From positions 6,116 through 70,115 of the forward strand of contig CAJOLI010000013.1 of the NCBI GenBank assembly GCA_905235285.1: a DNA stretch of 64,000 nt, in the 5' to 3' direction. The position numbers and the translations under genes are program-made. The DNA comes from an uncultured Bacteroidaceae bacterium. Lineage in GTDB: Bacteria; Bacteroidota; Bacteroidia; Bacteroidales; Bacteroidaceae. Positions 1-9,546 of this stretch are shown here, one piece after another. The notes under the pieces are model-generated. The model had not been told where the DNA came from. It saw only the letters and a list, made by a program, of their open reading frames with translations, and made no database searches. Numbering within the stretch: position 1 is the first letter of the stretch; every line of letters begins with the position of its first letter.

Positions 1-1212
1 ACGGAGGTAGAGGTGGGGTGTGCGCAGGAGGGGCAGCTGACGGATGAAGGTAAGCGATGCTACGGCTTCGTTGTCGGGATCGTAGCCGCCTACGACATTG
101 GCAGCGACATCGTTGAATTTATTGATTAGCAGATTCTTCTCATTGTTCTGAAACGAGAACTGACCGTAAGCAGCAGGGAAGTTACGGCCGCTTCGGTTGA
201 CGGCCTGCCCGCGTAGGTCGCTGAGCAGGTAAGCGCCGATGGTCTGGCCATTCACGGGGGTGAAGAAGTACGTGCGCTCTGCCATCATGCTCACGAACGA
301 CGCCGCAGGCTCGATGCCGGGCACCGTGTTGTAGGCCAGCCGTATGAGTGAGGGGTGATACTCGCGGGCATCGCTGCTATAAGCCATCTGGAAGAGCATC
401 TCGCCAGTGTAGCTGGCGGTGTGGTTCATCGATGCGTCCGTGCGTGTGTTCGTTGTCCAGTCGTTGCTATAGCCCTCGCTGATGGTCAGCTGGTGGGCAT
501 AGATATAATCGTAGTAGAGCTGAGCAGCCTCAGCATAATGATTCAGGTAGAGGTGCAGGTCAGCCAGGAACGGTTCGAGCGGCACGAAGAGGGTGTTCGT
601 CTGGATGCCGTCGACGGCGCCGTAGTCCAAGTGGCGCGTACCCAGGTACGGCGTGAGGTCGTCAATGATGAGTGCCGCCAGCTCGTCAATCGTCTTGTCG
701 GGATAGTCGGCCAGCGTGCTTTCGAGGCTGAGCAGCGGACGGTCGACGTAGCGGACGCGTCCGAAGGTGAGCGCCATCTGCCAGTAGGTCCAGTCGCGCA
801 GGGCGCGTATGGCCACGTACTCGGGCAGCATCACCTTCGTCTGGTAGTCGACGATCGACGTGTCCATGCGTTCGAGGGCGAAGTTGCAGTTGTTGATCAC
901 GGCGTAGTAGTCCATGCGGTCGACATAGGCATTGCCCGCCTCGACTGTGAAGTTGGCCACGTCCTGCAGGTCCTTGTCGGCAGCGGAGGTGGTGGTCATC
1001 AGGTCGCCACGCAATTCGTTCAGCAGGACGTAGCGCTCGCCCAGACGCTGGAACTGCGCCAGGATGCCCATAGCGCTATACAGCGAGTCGCCCGGGTGCT
1101 CGATGCGTGCACCATTGTCGATGACTACGCTGTCAGAATCGGTTTCGAAGACATCCTCGCAGGCTGTGAGGAACAGCAGACCTGCCAATATAAATAATGT
1201 GTAGTGCTTCAT
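1..1212 (-). CDS. SusD/RagB-family outer-membrane lipoprotein (partial, C-terminus beyond left edge)
   Basis: Absent from the ORF track because it runs off the window. A reverse-strand ATG at 1210-1212 opens a stop-free frame to position 1 (404 codons). The N-terminus MKHYTLFILAGLLFLTAC is a lipoprotein signal with a lipobox Cys. It lies immediately downstream of a susC-type gene. Confidence 0.8.
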   Translation of the reverse strand, partial: MKHYTLFILAGLLFLTACEDVFETDSDSVVIDNGARIEHPGDSLYSAMGILAQFQRLGERYVLLNELRGDLMTTTSAADKDLQDVANFTVEAGNAYVDRMDYYAVINNCNFALERMDTSIVDYQTKVMLPEYVAIRALRDWTYWQMALTFGRVRYVDRPLLSLESTLADYPDKTIDELAALIIDDLTPYLGTRHLDYGAVDGIQTNTLFVPLEPFLADLHLYLNHYAEAAQLYYDYIYAHQLTISEGYSNDWTTNTRTDASMNHTASYTGEMLFQMAYSSDAREYHPSLIRLAYNTVPGIEPAASFVSMMAERTYFFTPVNGQTIGAYLLSDLRGQAVNRSGRNFPAAYGQFSFQNNEKNLLINKFNDVAANVVGGYDPDNEAVASLTFIRQLPLLRTPHLYLR

Positions 1213-1257
1213 AGGTCAGTGGTGATGAATTTAAGATTCTTCATGAAGGATTTTGCA

Positions 1258-4200
1258 TTAAAGATTAATCTTCATGCCAAGTTGAAAGGAACGGCTGCTG
1301 GGCACGAGGCCGGCATCTACGCCTTGACAGAGCACCGCGGTCGACATCGAGAACTCGGGGTCGGCTCCGAGATAGCGTGTTAAAGTGAACAAATTGTTGG
1401 CAGCAGCCCATACCTTGATACCTTGAATTGCAGAGATGCGGAGGGGCAAGTCATAGGTCAGACGGAGCGTCCGCAGCTTCAGGTACGAAGCATCCTCTAT
1501 CCAGCGGTCGCTGGCACGGCTGTTACCCATCGGGTCGCCGAAGGTGGCGCGGGGTATGTCCGTCACTTGCCCGTCGGCCATCCAACGGTTCTCCATGGCT
1601 GTCGTCTGGTTGAAGAGGCTGCTGCCTGATTCCAGCTGCTGGCGCATGGCGTTGTAGGCGTCAACTCCGAGGCTGTAGGCAAAGAGGCCGTCGAGGGCGA
1701 GGCGCCGCCATTTCAGCTGCAGGTTGAAGTGGCCGTAGATGTCGGGATTGGGGTCGCCGAGCACTACGCGGTCATGGTCGTCGATGATGCCGTCATGATT
1801 CTGATCTACGAAGCGGACGTCGCCCGCGCCGTATGCCATCTTGTCGCCGTTGGCGCTGATGATGCCGAGGCCGTCGGCGGTTGCTGCACCCGCGTCGGCA
1901 TATACGCCGCGCGTCTGCCAGCCATAGAAGACTCCTGCGGGCAGGCCCTCGGAGGTGAGGATGGTGGCGCCCGCCACATCGGTCGTGAAGGCTCCGCTCG
2001 CGAGTTCCCTGATGCGGTTCTTGTAGTGTCCGAGCGTAGCACCGAAGGTCAGTTTCCAGTCCTTATGTTCAATGATGCGCGCAGAGGTTGAGAGCTCAAA
2101 GCCGCGGTTGGTGAGTTCACCATCGTTGTCCCAATAGTATCTCATGCCCGCCACATCGGCCAGCTGCCTGCGCGTGACCAGGTCGCTGGTACGTGCCCAG
2201 AACACATCGGCAGAGAGCTGCCAGCGGTCGTGCCACAGCGAGAGGTCAAGGCCTACTGAGGCGCGCCGTGTGGTTTCCCACTTGAGTTGTTCGTTGCCGA
2301 TATTGGACAAAAGGAGACCGGCAGCATCCTGCACTGGGGCGACAGCCAATCGATATGTGCGATTGGCCAATAGGGGCAGGCGGTCGTTGCCCGTTTGGCT
2401 CAGCGCCACACCGTGTTCACCGCCCTCAGCCGCTGCATCCACCGTTCGCCCGTGATGAGCCATGCTGCCTGCAACGACGGATTCACAGACCAGCTGACAC
2501 CGAATAAGTCCACTCCCCCCGCCTTACGTCCATAGCGCGAGGACGTGGCCAGTTCCAGGCCGAGGCCGACACTGTATCTCTTGAGAAAAGCATAGTCGGC
2601 CGTCAGGAACCAGGCCGCGTCACGCTCCTTGTCGCTCTCGCCGTCTATCCAGCGCAGGCTGCTGTTGGTGTTCGAGAGTGCGCGCATGAAGTCGGAGCCC
2701 GTATTGTAGCCGAGGCCGGAGTTCCATTTATAATACGTATTGTAGAAGCGCCCTCCGGCGACGAGGTCGAGCGCGTGGCGATAGTCCTTCAGTACGGCCC
2801 AGTCCAGCCGCCCTTCGGCACTCAGCGTGCTCTGGCGCGCCATCAGGTTGGACACCGTGTTCAGCGCAGTAGCATAGACCTCGCCCTGCGCGTTATGGAG
2901 AGGCATGTCGGCCACGCCATGGTCGGGCAGGAAGAGATCCTCGGCCGTCTTGTCCCACGAGAAACCGAGCGTGGCATTCAGTTTGAGGCGGTCAGTGAAG
3001 GCATACGACGGCCGCAGGTTGAGGTTGAAGCGGTAGCGGTCGATGTCGGGCAGGTTGTCGCCCGTCAGTGCGATAGGGTTACCGACGCCCAGTTCGTCGG
3101 TGTCGTTCATGCGATTAGTTTCCTGCCCACTTAGGTTATGCTGCCACGGGCCGTAGAGGGGCGATTTCACCATAGCCAGATAGGCTGGATTGTGCACATC
3201 GTCGAGTCCGTCGATGTTCACGCGCGACATCGTTTGGGCGTAGGCAATATCTGCCGCGAGGAAGAGCCGCTCCGTCAGGTGGATGTCGCTGTTGAAGCGC
3301 ACGTTCAGGCGTCCGAAGCTGGTGCCGTCCACATTGCCTTCGTTCTTGCCGTAGCCAAGCGAGAAGCGGTAGAGCGCCACGTCATCGCCACCCGCCACGT
3401 TGATGCCATACTGTTGCATGAAGCCCGTCCGATTCACTTCGCTGATCCAGTCAGTCTGCTGGTGCGTGTCCCAGTAGTAGGAACGCGACGGGTCGTTTTG
3501 CGTGAAGTGTAGTGCCCCCCGTTCTTCCGCCTTCATGCCGCGCATGACGTCGGTAGCGTAGCGGGTGTAGGCCTCGGCCTGCATCATCGTGGGTGACGAG
3601 TAGGGCGTCACGAAACCCATCGAGAGGTTAGCTTCGATGCGCGTAGCCATGTCCTTGGCGCGCCGCGTCCTGATCATGACTACGCCTGCGGCGCCCTTCG
3701 CGCCCCAGATGGCCGTGCCGTCGCGCATGACGTCGATGCTCTCGATGTCATCGGGGTCGATCAGGCTCAGAGGGTTGTCAGTGTAGCCAGCGACGGAGGT
3801 GTGAGCATCCTCCTGCATCTGCCACACCGCGCCATCTACGACGAAAAGCGGCTGGCTGCTGAGGTTGATGCTCTGCAGGCCGCGCACGAAATAGGTCTCG
3901 CCGCTGCCCGGCTGTCCGCTCTGCCGTGTAGCGCGCAGCGGACCCGTTATCCTCAAGTTCAGCTCTGAAGGAGTGGAGTCATCAATGGCGTCGAGCAGAC
4001 GAACGAGGATGTCCGTGCGCCCTTGCACAGCCACTACCTGCCCGACGCAGCCAGGAGCCGTAACCTCGAGCAGGACGCCCGTCCCGACGTGAGCCTGTCG
4101 AGTCGTCGACGGCAGCCGGATCTCGAACCGGCCATCATCGTCGGTCATCGCGCTCGCCCTGAGTTCAGCCGAAGTAATGCTGGCTCCGGCGAAGCCCTCA

Positions 4201-4394
4201 CCTGTTGCCACCCGCACCACACGGCCACGGACCGTGACGAAGTCAGCGGACGACGGCCGCTCACGGACCATCGCCAGAGTGCTGTCAGCCTGTCCTGACG
4301 TGAGCTTGTCGAATCGCTGTGCCGCTGCCATCATGGCGCTGCACACCAGCAGAAGGAAGGTAATATGACATTTCATCGTATTCATAGTAATCAA
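1258..4394 (-). pseudogene. SusC/RagA-type TonB-dependent transporter, split by a frameshift near 2403-2445
   Basis: ORF 2400..4394 (664 aa) has a signal peptide, a CarboxypepD_reg-like VRGRVV...DDDGRFEI segment, the plug and the start of the barrel. ORF 1258..2463 (401 aa) has the barrel C-terminus ending SFQLGMKINL. Together they are the two halves of one ~1045-aa protein. The two frames overlap at 2400-2463. Confidence 0.75.
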
Positions 4395-4398
4395 GATA

Positions 4399-5958
4399 TT
4401 AATCGGTTACAGGAACAAGGCGCACGCGGTCTATCCGGAACTTGCGGACGTAGCCGTTGCGGGCATCGGCCGCGGTGACGCGCGTCTGCACCCTCAGCGT
4501 CGTCGTCGGCGTCATGTCGAGGGCAGCATGAGCGGGATCGGCAAGCCACATCCCATCGTAGCAATCGCTCACGGGCAACTCCACCGCCTCAAAGGCCCTG
4601 ACGCTGATGATGTCGGGCAGCCTTGCGCCGTCGGCATCCACGCCCGTAATCTCGGTGGGCGTATTCTGGTTCATGGCCGTGGAGCGGCCATTCGCCCCGC
4701 GATACATCAGCTGGAAGGTCACCTTCGTCCGCTCGGCAGCTACGTTCTCGCCATCGACGATGGGGTTGACGAAATCCACGTAGACATCGTACTTCGTAGC
4801 AAGGGCATTCGCCACGTAGAACGTGCTGCCGCCATCCACGTTGCCGCTCGAGACCTCCAGATAACTGTTCTCGCTAACTCCCTGCACCAGGCTCGAGGCA
4901 TCCGTGTTGCGGACGTAGCAGTTAGAACCCGCCATCGCCACGCGGCTGTCCAAGTCCTCGGCCTCCGTCAGCAGCACGTGGCGCCAGACGCCCGCATCGT
5001 TGCGGTTCAGCGACGTAGCGGCGACGTAGATGATGCCGTTGGAAGCCTCGATGCGTTCGTAGCCTTCCAGATAGTCCTTTGCAGGCTTGATGACCTTACC
5101 CGTAATGGTGACGAGGCTGTCGGCAGTCGCATCCACGATGCCACGGAAGGTCAGACCGCCCAACAAAGCCTGCGCAGCCTGCACCCTCCTGATGCTGTCT
5201 GCCGCCACGGCGTCAGCGTTGTACGGAGCGAAGGCCGAGCTGATGCGCTCCAGCTCGGCCTGCCATACGGCATCGGTCGGGAGGATCATCGTGAAGAGGG
5301 AGTCTTCGTCGGCGAGGTCGCCCACGCCGTACTTCACGTCCTGCAGCAGCGCGTTGTAGTCCACGAACACGCTGTCGTAGCTCGTCGAACGCCGTTCGTC
5401 GTACACGCGCTGGTCGAAGCGCGCCACGAAGGCCGACAGCTCCTTGAAGCGCCCGTCCGCATCCATCAGTTCGCGCAGGTTGTAGCGATAAGGAATCTGT
5501 GCCGAAAGCTTGTGCAGGAGCCCGTTCACAGCCACGATGTTGGCCTCATCAATAGTGGCCTCGTTGAAAGCCATAGCGCTGGTGTAGCGCATCGACTTGC
5601 CGTTGAGCATCACGACGCTACCAGCTGTTGAGGTCGGATTGCTGAAGCGTGCTACGTGGTTCATCACCAGACGCTGTACTGCGGCAGCGTCGGTCAGGTC
5701 GAGCGTTGCAAGTGCTTCGTCCGTAGGAGCCCACACGGTGTAGGTCTGGTCGGAGCGCAGCACGCTGTCTATGCCCGTCTGCTTCAGGGCTTGGCTGAAG
5801 GTGCTGAGCTGACCGTCGGCCTCTATGATATCCATCAGGCACCGCGTGCTCAGGTCAGACCGACGGCCATAATGGTCATCCCACTCAGAGCTGCAGGCCG
5901 ACCAGACGAGCAGGCCTACCAGTACTGCCAAGGTGGCAATTATTGCATTTCTTTTCAT
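4399..5958 (-). CDS. Fasciclin (FAS1) domain lipoprotein
   Basis: The likely start is MKRNAIIATLAVLVGLLVWSAC (lipobox) at 5958, not the upstream M at 6027. FAS1 signature: TYTVWAPTDEALATL...VMNHV...VAVNGLLHKL. Confidence 0.75.
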   Translation of the reverse strand: MKRNAIIATLAVLVGLLVWSACSSEWDDHYGRRSDLSTRCLMDIIEADGQLSTFSQALKQTGIDSVLRSDQTYTVWAPTDEALATLDLTDAAAVQRLVMNHVARFSNPTSTAGSVVMLNGKSMRYTSAMAFNEATIDEANIVAVNGLLHKLSAQIPYRYNLRELMDADGRFKELSAFVARFDQRVYDERRSTSYDSVFVDYNALLQDVKYGVGDLADEDSLFTMILPTDAVWQAELERISSAFAPYNADAVAADSIRRVQAAQALLGGLTFRGIVDATADSLVTITGKVIKPAKDYLEGYERIEASNGIIYVAATSLNRNDAGVWRHVLLTEAEDLDSRVAMAGSNCYVRNTDASSLVQGVSENSYLEVSSGNVDGGSTFYVANALATKYDVYVDFVNPIVDGENVAAERTKVTFQLMYRGANGRSTAMNQNTPTEITGVDADGARLPDIISVRAFEAVELPVSDCYDGMWLADPAHAALDMTPTTTLRVQTRVTAADARNGYVRKFRIDRVRLVPVTD

Positions 5959-5984
5959 ATTTAACTTTTTATTTGATAGACGAG

Positions 5985-6001
5985 GACTCTCCCCCGCCCT
6001 C
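5985..6001 (+). repeat. Solo copy (one C shorter) of the 19-nt terminal module of the palindromic element family
   Basis: GACTCTCCCCCGCCCTC compared with GACTCTCCCCCCGCCCTCC at 12917, 12938 and 18408. It is intergenic between the two FAS1 genes. Confidence 0.7.
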
Positions 6002-6010
6002 TTCTTTCTC

Positions 6011-7891
6011 TTACTCCCTATCCTCATCTCTAATCAGATCTACGGGGATGTACTCGATATAGTCGGCGTGGAACTGTCGGCCACCGCCCTTGTCATCCAT
6101 GTTTTTGGCACGGAAGTAGTGGTAGCCATAGTCCTGGAAGAGGTACTGACCAATGATGATGCGCAGGCAGGCCGACATATCGCGCAGGCTCTTGCCGCCC
6201 TCCTGCCCCGTGTACATACTGGTGGGAGCCTTCATATAGCCGTGGTTGCGCATCATCTTGTCGTTCTCAATGCCATCGTCGGAGGTGTCCTCGTCATGGA
6301 CGTAGCCGATGCGGGGGTCGTTCTCGGCACCGTTGTAGCCAATGGTGAGGTCCACGGGAATGCCAGCAATCTGACCGTCGATGAAGAGCTGTGCTATGCC
6401 TCGCCAGTTCTCGGCACGGTAGCCAAGGCGTATCTCGTAGTTGCCAGGAGGCACGGGCAGCATGCGCAGTGTGAAATCATACATGGGTCCGGCAATGAGC
6501 ATCTCGTCGCTCTGGTAGTTGGTCCAGCCGTCGGAGGCCCATAGGGTCAGCTCCGAGCCTGTGTTGTATTTGAAGCAGTCGCCGCAGAAGTCCTGCGGGA
6601 AGGCGTGCGCGCTCGAGAGGTAGTCCCAATTCCAGCGGATGTGGTTGTTGGTGAGTTGGGGAGGCACGGCATAGAAGTCGAAGCGGATGCGCTTGTGCAT
6701 GACATCGGAAGTCATGACGTCCTCATCGTAAACGAGCAGGTCGCGCAGCACATGAATGTAGCCGTTCATCGTCTCGATATTGCTGGCCTCGTCGTCGAGG
6801 TGTACGCTCTTGCCATTGCGCTGGCGGTTGATCTCGGGCCCGGCCTTTACCTCTATCATGCGGTAGGCGAGCATCGTCTCGTAGTATTCGTATGCTTTCG
6901 AGCGATAGGTCGGTGCGCAGGCGAAGCCAGTGTAGACCATCGAGCCCGTGTTCATCTGGCGGTCGAGGATGTGGTAGGCCACGAAGCGGTGCAGGGGGTT
7001 ACGCTCGTCTGTGTAGCGGCCGAGGGCTTCGGAGCCATACCACTGCTCGGCGAAGCGCTCCACGGCCGAGAGCGTGTCGGAGCCCGCGATGGTGAGACCA
7101 GCCTGACGCAGTACGTCGTCGGGTTCGGCAAAAACGGTCCACCCCAGCTTACAATGTTCATAGTGGCCTTGAGAGGGGTCTTCGCTGTCGAAGCCGGCAG
7201 GCCCGGTGTAGGCGGGGTCGTAGAGGTCGGACATCCGTTCGTTGAAGCCCGAAGCCGCAAACGCCCGTGCGAAGATGCCGAGCGACGGCTGCCCGGCCAG
7301 TCGCTCGAGGAAGGTCGCCTCGGAGGGCTCTATGACGTGGTCCACGACGTGAACGACACCATTGTGGACTTCGTTATCGGCGCTGATGATGCGTGCCAGG
7401 CTGTTGACGAGAATCTCGCGCTGGCCCTCGTCGTTGGTGACGAAGCTGATCTGAACAGTGCGGTCCTGCATGCTCAGCAGCGATGTGGCGCTGCCCACGA
7501 AGTCCGTCGTCAGGAACTCTTGGCTGTTATTGCGGATGGTGCTGCTGTAGACCACTTTCTGCATGTCCTCCTCAGTCAAGTCCTCCCAGCGCTGTCCCCG
7601 CTCGCCCAGCCATTCGTCGATAGCCGCATTGGTGGGCGGGAAGAGGGTGAAGTGGCCGTAGATGCCGAGCAGGCTCTCATCGCCGGTAGCCACCAGCATC
7701 TCGTAGAAACGGCTGAGCTCGGGCGTGTGTTCGCAGAAGCTGGCCGCCGTCTCACCGGTGAAGGTGTACATCGCCTCGTCCTGGATGTCGTCGCCGTTGC
7801 AGGCGCCGAGGCAGGCAAGGATGGCGAGGGAGGTTAGCGTCGCCACCGAATGGCGACAGAAAAAGCGGAATGTCATATTCATCGTTTTCAC
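6011..7891 (-). CDS. Fasciclin (FAS1) domain lipoprotein
   Basis: Signal and lipobox LAILACLGAC. FAS1 signature: HFTLFPPTNAAIDEWL...NGVVHVVDHVIEPS. The start overlaps the susD stop by 4 nt. Confidence 0.75.
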   Translation of the reverse strand: MKTMNMTFRFFCRHSVATLTSLAILACLGACNGDDIQDEAMYTFTGETAASFCEHTPELSRFYEMLVATGDESLLGIYGHFTLFPPTNAAIDEWLGERGQRWEDLTEEDMQKVVYSSTIRNNSQEFLTTDFVGSATSLLSMQDRTVQISFVTNDEGQREILVNSLARIISADNEVHNGVVHVVDHVIEPSEATFLERLAGQPSLGIFARAFAASGFNERMSDLYDPAYTGPAGFDSEDPSQGHYEHCKLGWTVFAEPDDVLRQAGLTIAGSDTLSAVERFAEQWYGSEALGRYTDERNPLHRFVAYHILDRQMNTGSMVYTGFACAPTYRSKAYEYYETMLAYRMIEVKAGPEINRQRNGKSVHLDDEASNIETMNGYIHVLRDLLVYDEDVMTSDVMHKRIRFDFYAVPPQLTNNHIRWNWDYLSSAHAFPQDFCGDCFKYNTGSELTLWASDGWTNYQSDEMLIAGPMYDFTLRMLPVPPGNYEIRLGYRAENWRGIAQLFIDGQIAGIPVDLTIGYNGAENDPRIGYVHDEDTSDDGIENDKMMRNHGYMKAPTSMYTGQEGGKSLRDMSACLRIIIGQYLFQDYGYHYFRAKNMDDKGGGRQFHADYIEYIPVDLIRDEDRE

Positions 7892-9444
7892 CTGGTTATG
7901 TCAGTTGATGTTTCGTAGAACCGATTCTGCCGCAGCAACGTATTGGCTCGGAGCTCATCATCGTTGATGGGCATATAGATGGCATCGACGTCATTCAGTT
8001 TCGGGCGGACGTCGGCCCACATGCTGACGACCTCCTCGTACCGCTTGCGCAGATGAGTCTCGAGCACCTGCGTGGGCGTTCCGTCGCGGCGCATACGGCG
8101 CATGAGGTCGAAGTAGCGTTTGCCCTCGAAGAGGAATTCGCGCTGTCGTTCGGCCAGAACGAGGTTGCGCACCTCCTCTTGGCCCGCCGTGTTGGCCATG
8201 AGGGAGCCTGGCTCGAGGTCGGGATTGGCGCGGTCGTAGGTGATGCCGCACAGTCGTACTGCTTCCTGGAGGTTGTCGCTGCCTCCGAGCTCGGCCAGTG
8301 CCTCGGCTTTCATCAGGTAGACATCTGGCAGTCGATAGAGGATCCAGTTGCAGTGCGTGTCGCCCCATTGGAAGTCGGCCTCGCGGCCATCGGCGTTCGT
8401 CAGGTTGGTGCGCAGGGCCGTATATTTCTTTATGGCATAGTAGGCACCCGCACTGACGAAGGCATTCATGCGGCGCAGGTCGCGATGCACAAGGAAGAGG
8501 TCGCCAGAGCCACCTGCACCCGAGAAGTTGTAACTCGAGAGGCAGGCATCCGTTCCGTTGGCGCCGAAGAAATCGCGCACGGCAGCGTTCTCATTGTTCT
8601 GGTCGAGTTGCAGTTCCCAGATGCTCTCGCTGGAGTTGCCAGCGACGAAGACGTTGCGGAAATAGGTTGAAGCGCGCTCGAGGCTCAGCGGATTGGCAGT
8701 AGCGGAGAGCACCTTGTCGCAAGCCTCGATGCAGTCGTCGTAGCGATCGAGCCAGAGGGCGATGTCGGCCTCGAGCGTCCAAACCGCTTTCTGGGTGATG
8801 CGTCCGCGCGTGTAGGGGATGTTCTCGGTCCAGAGCTGCGGAGCCTGCGTGTCGATGCCCTTGAGGTTGGCGAGCTCTGCCTCTAAGATCTCGTCGCCCG
8901 ACGTCTGCGGCAGCATGAAGGGTCGGCTGTCGTCTACATATGGCTCCACGACGTAAGGCACGTCCTTGAAGGCCCGCACCAGCGTGAAGTAGCAGAAGGC
9001 TCGGATGGCCTTGGCTTCGGCCAGATGGGCATTGAGCTCGGAGGAGGCGTAGTCGGGGTCGGAGTCCTGCACCCCGGGGGCTTCGGCGATGAGCGTGTTG
9101 CACTGGTTGATGCACGCATAGAACAGGTTCCAGCGCGTATATTCGTTGGTGGGAGTGATGTTGGCCGTGAGAATCTTGTAGACATTGTCCTCGCGGTTAC
9201 GGCCGTCGAGGACGTTGTCGCTGCGCAGTTCGCCCCACACCAGCAGCCGCTTGATGACGCCCTGGTCGGCCAACGTGCGGTAGCAGGCGCCGATGGCTCC
9301 TTCCACGTCGCTTTTCTTCTTCCAGAAATCGTCGCGCACCATCTCGCTCTCAGGAGGCGTAGAGAACCAGTCCTCGCAAGAGGTCGTCATGCTTACAAGA
9401 GCCAAGGCTGTGATGAAATATTTTGCTTTCATTCTTATTTTCAT
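7888..9444 (-). CDS. SusD/RagB-family nutrient-binding lipoprotein
   Basis: Lipoprotein signal ALALVSMTTSCEDWF. Typical SusD N-terminus: DDFWKKKSDVEGAIGACY...WGELRSDN. Located downstream of susC. Confidence 0.85.
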   Translation of the reverse strand: MKIRMKAKYFITALALVSMTTSCEDWFSTPPESEMVRDDFWKKKSDVEGAIGACYRTLADQGVIKRLLVWGELRSDNVLDGRNREDNVYKILTANITPTNEYTRWNLFYACINQCNTLIAEAPGVQDSDPDYASSELNAHLAEAKAIRAFCYFTLVRAFKDVPYVVEPYVDDSRPFMLPQTSGDEILEAELANLKGIDTQAPQLWTENIPYTRGRITQKAVWTLEADIALWLDRYDDCIEACDKVLSATANPLSLERASTYFRNVFVAGNSSESIWELQLDQNNENAAVRDFFGANGTDACLSSYNFSGAGGSGDLFLVHRDLRRMNAFVSAGAYYAIKKYTALRTNLTNADGREADFQWGDTHCNWILYRLPDVYLMKAEALAELGGSDNLQEAVRLCGITYDRANPDLEPGSLMANTAGQEEVRNLVLAERQREFLFEGKRYFDLMRRMRRDGTPTQVLETHLRKRYEEVVSMWADVRPKLNDVDAIYMPINDDELRANTLLRQNRFYETSTDITR

Positions 9445-9546
9445 TTTTCACTTTTCACTCTTTATCTTTGTTGACTTTTGTCACGACTCGGCAATTCAAG
9501 CAAGCTTGATTGCTCTCGCTGCTCCAAAAGTTCATTTTTCACTCTT

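Noticed and set aside
355-1197. 280-aa plus-strand ORF
   Set aside because: It is antisense shadow of the edge-truncated SusD gene. High-GC DNA gives long open antisense frames, and the translation is Val/Ala/Gly/His-rich with no signal or motif.
2511-2526. GGCGGGGGGAG run in susC#2 resembling the terminal module of the palindromic element
   Set aside because: Only a 12-nt G-rich core matches. The encoded peptide (AGGVDLFGVSW) fits normal SusC barrel sequence, so this is probably chance in GC-rich DNA.
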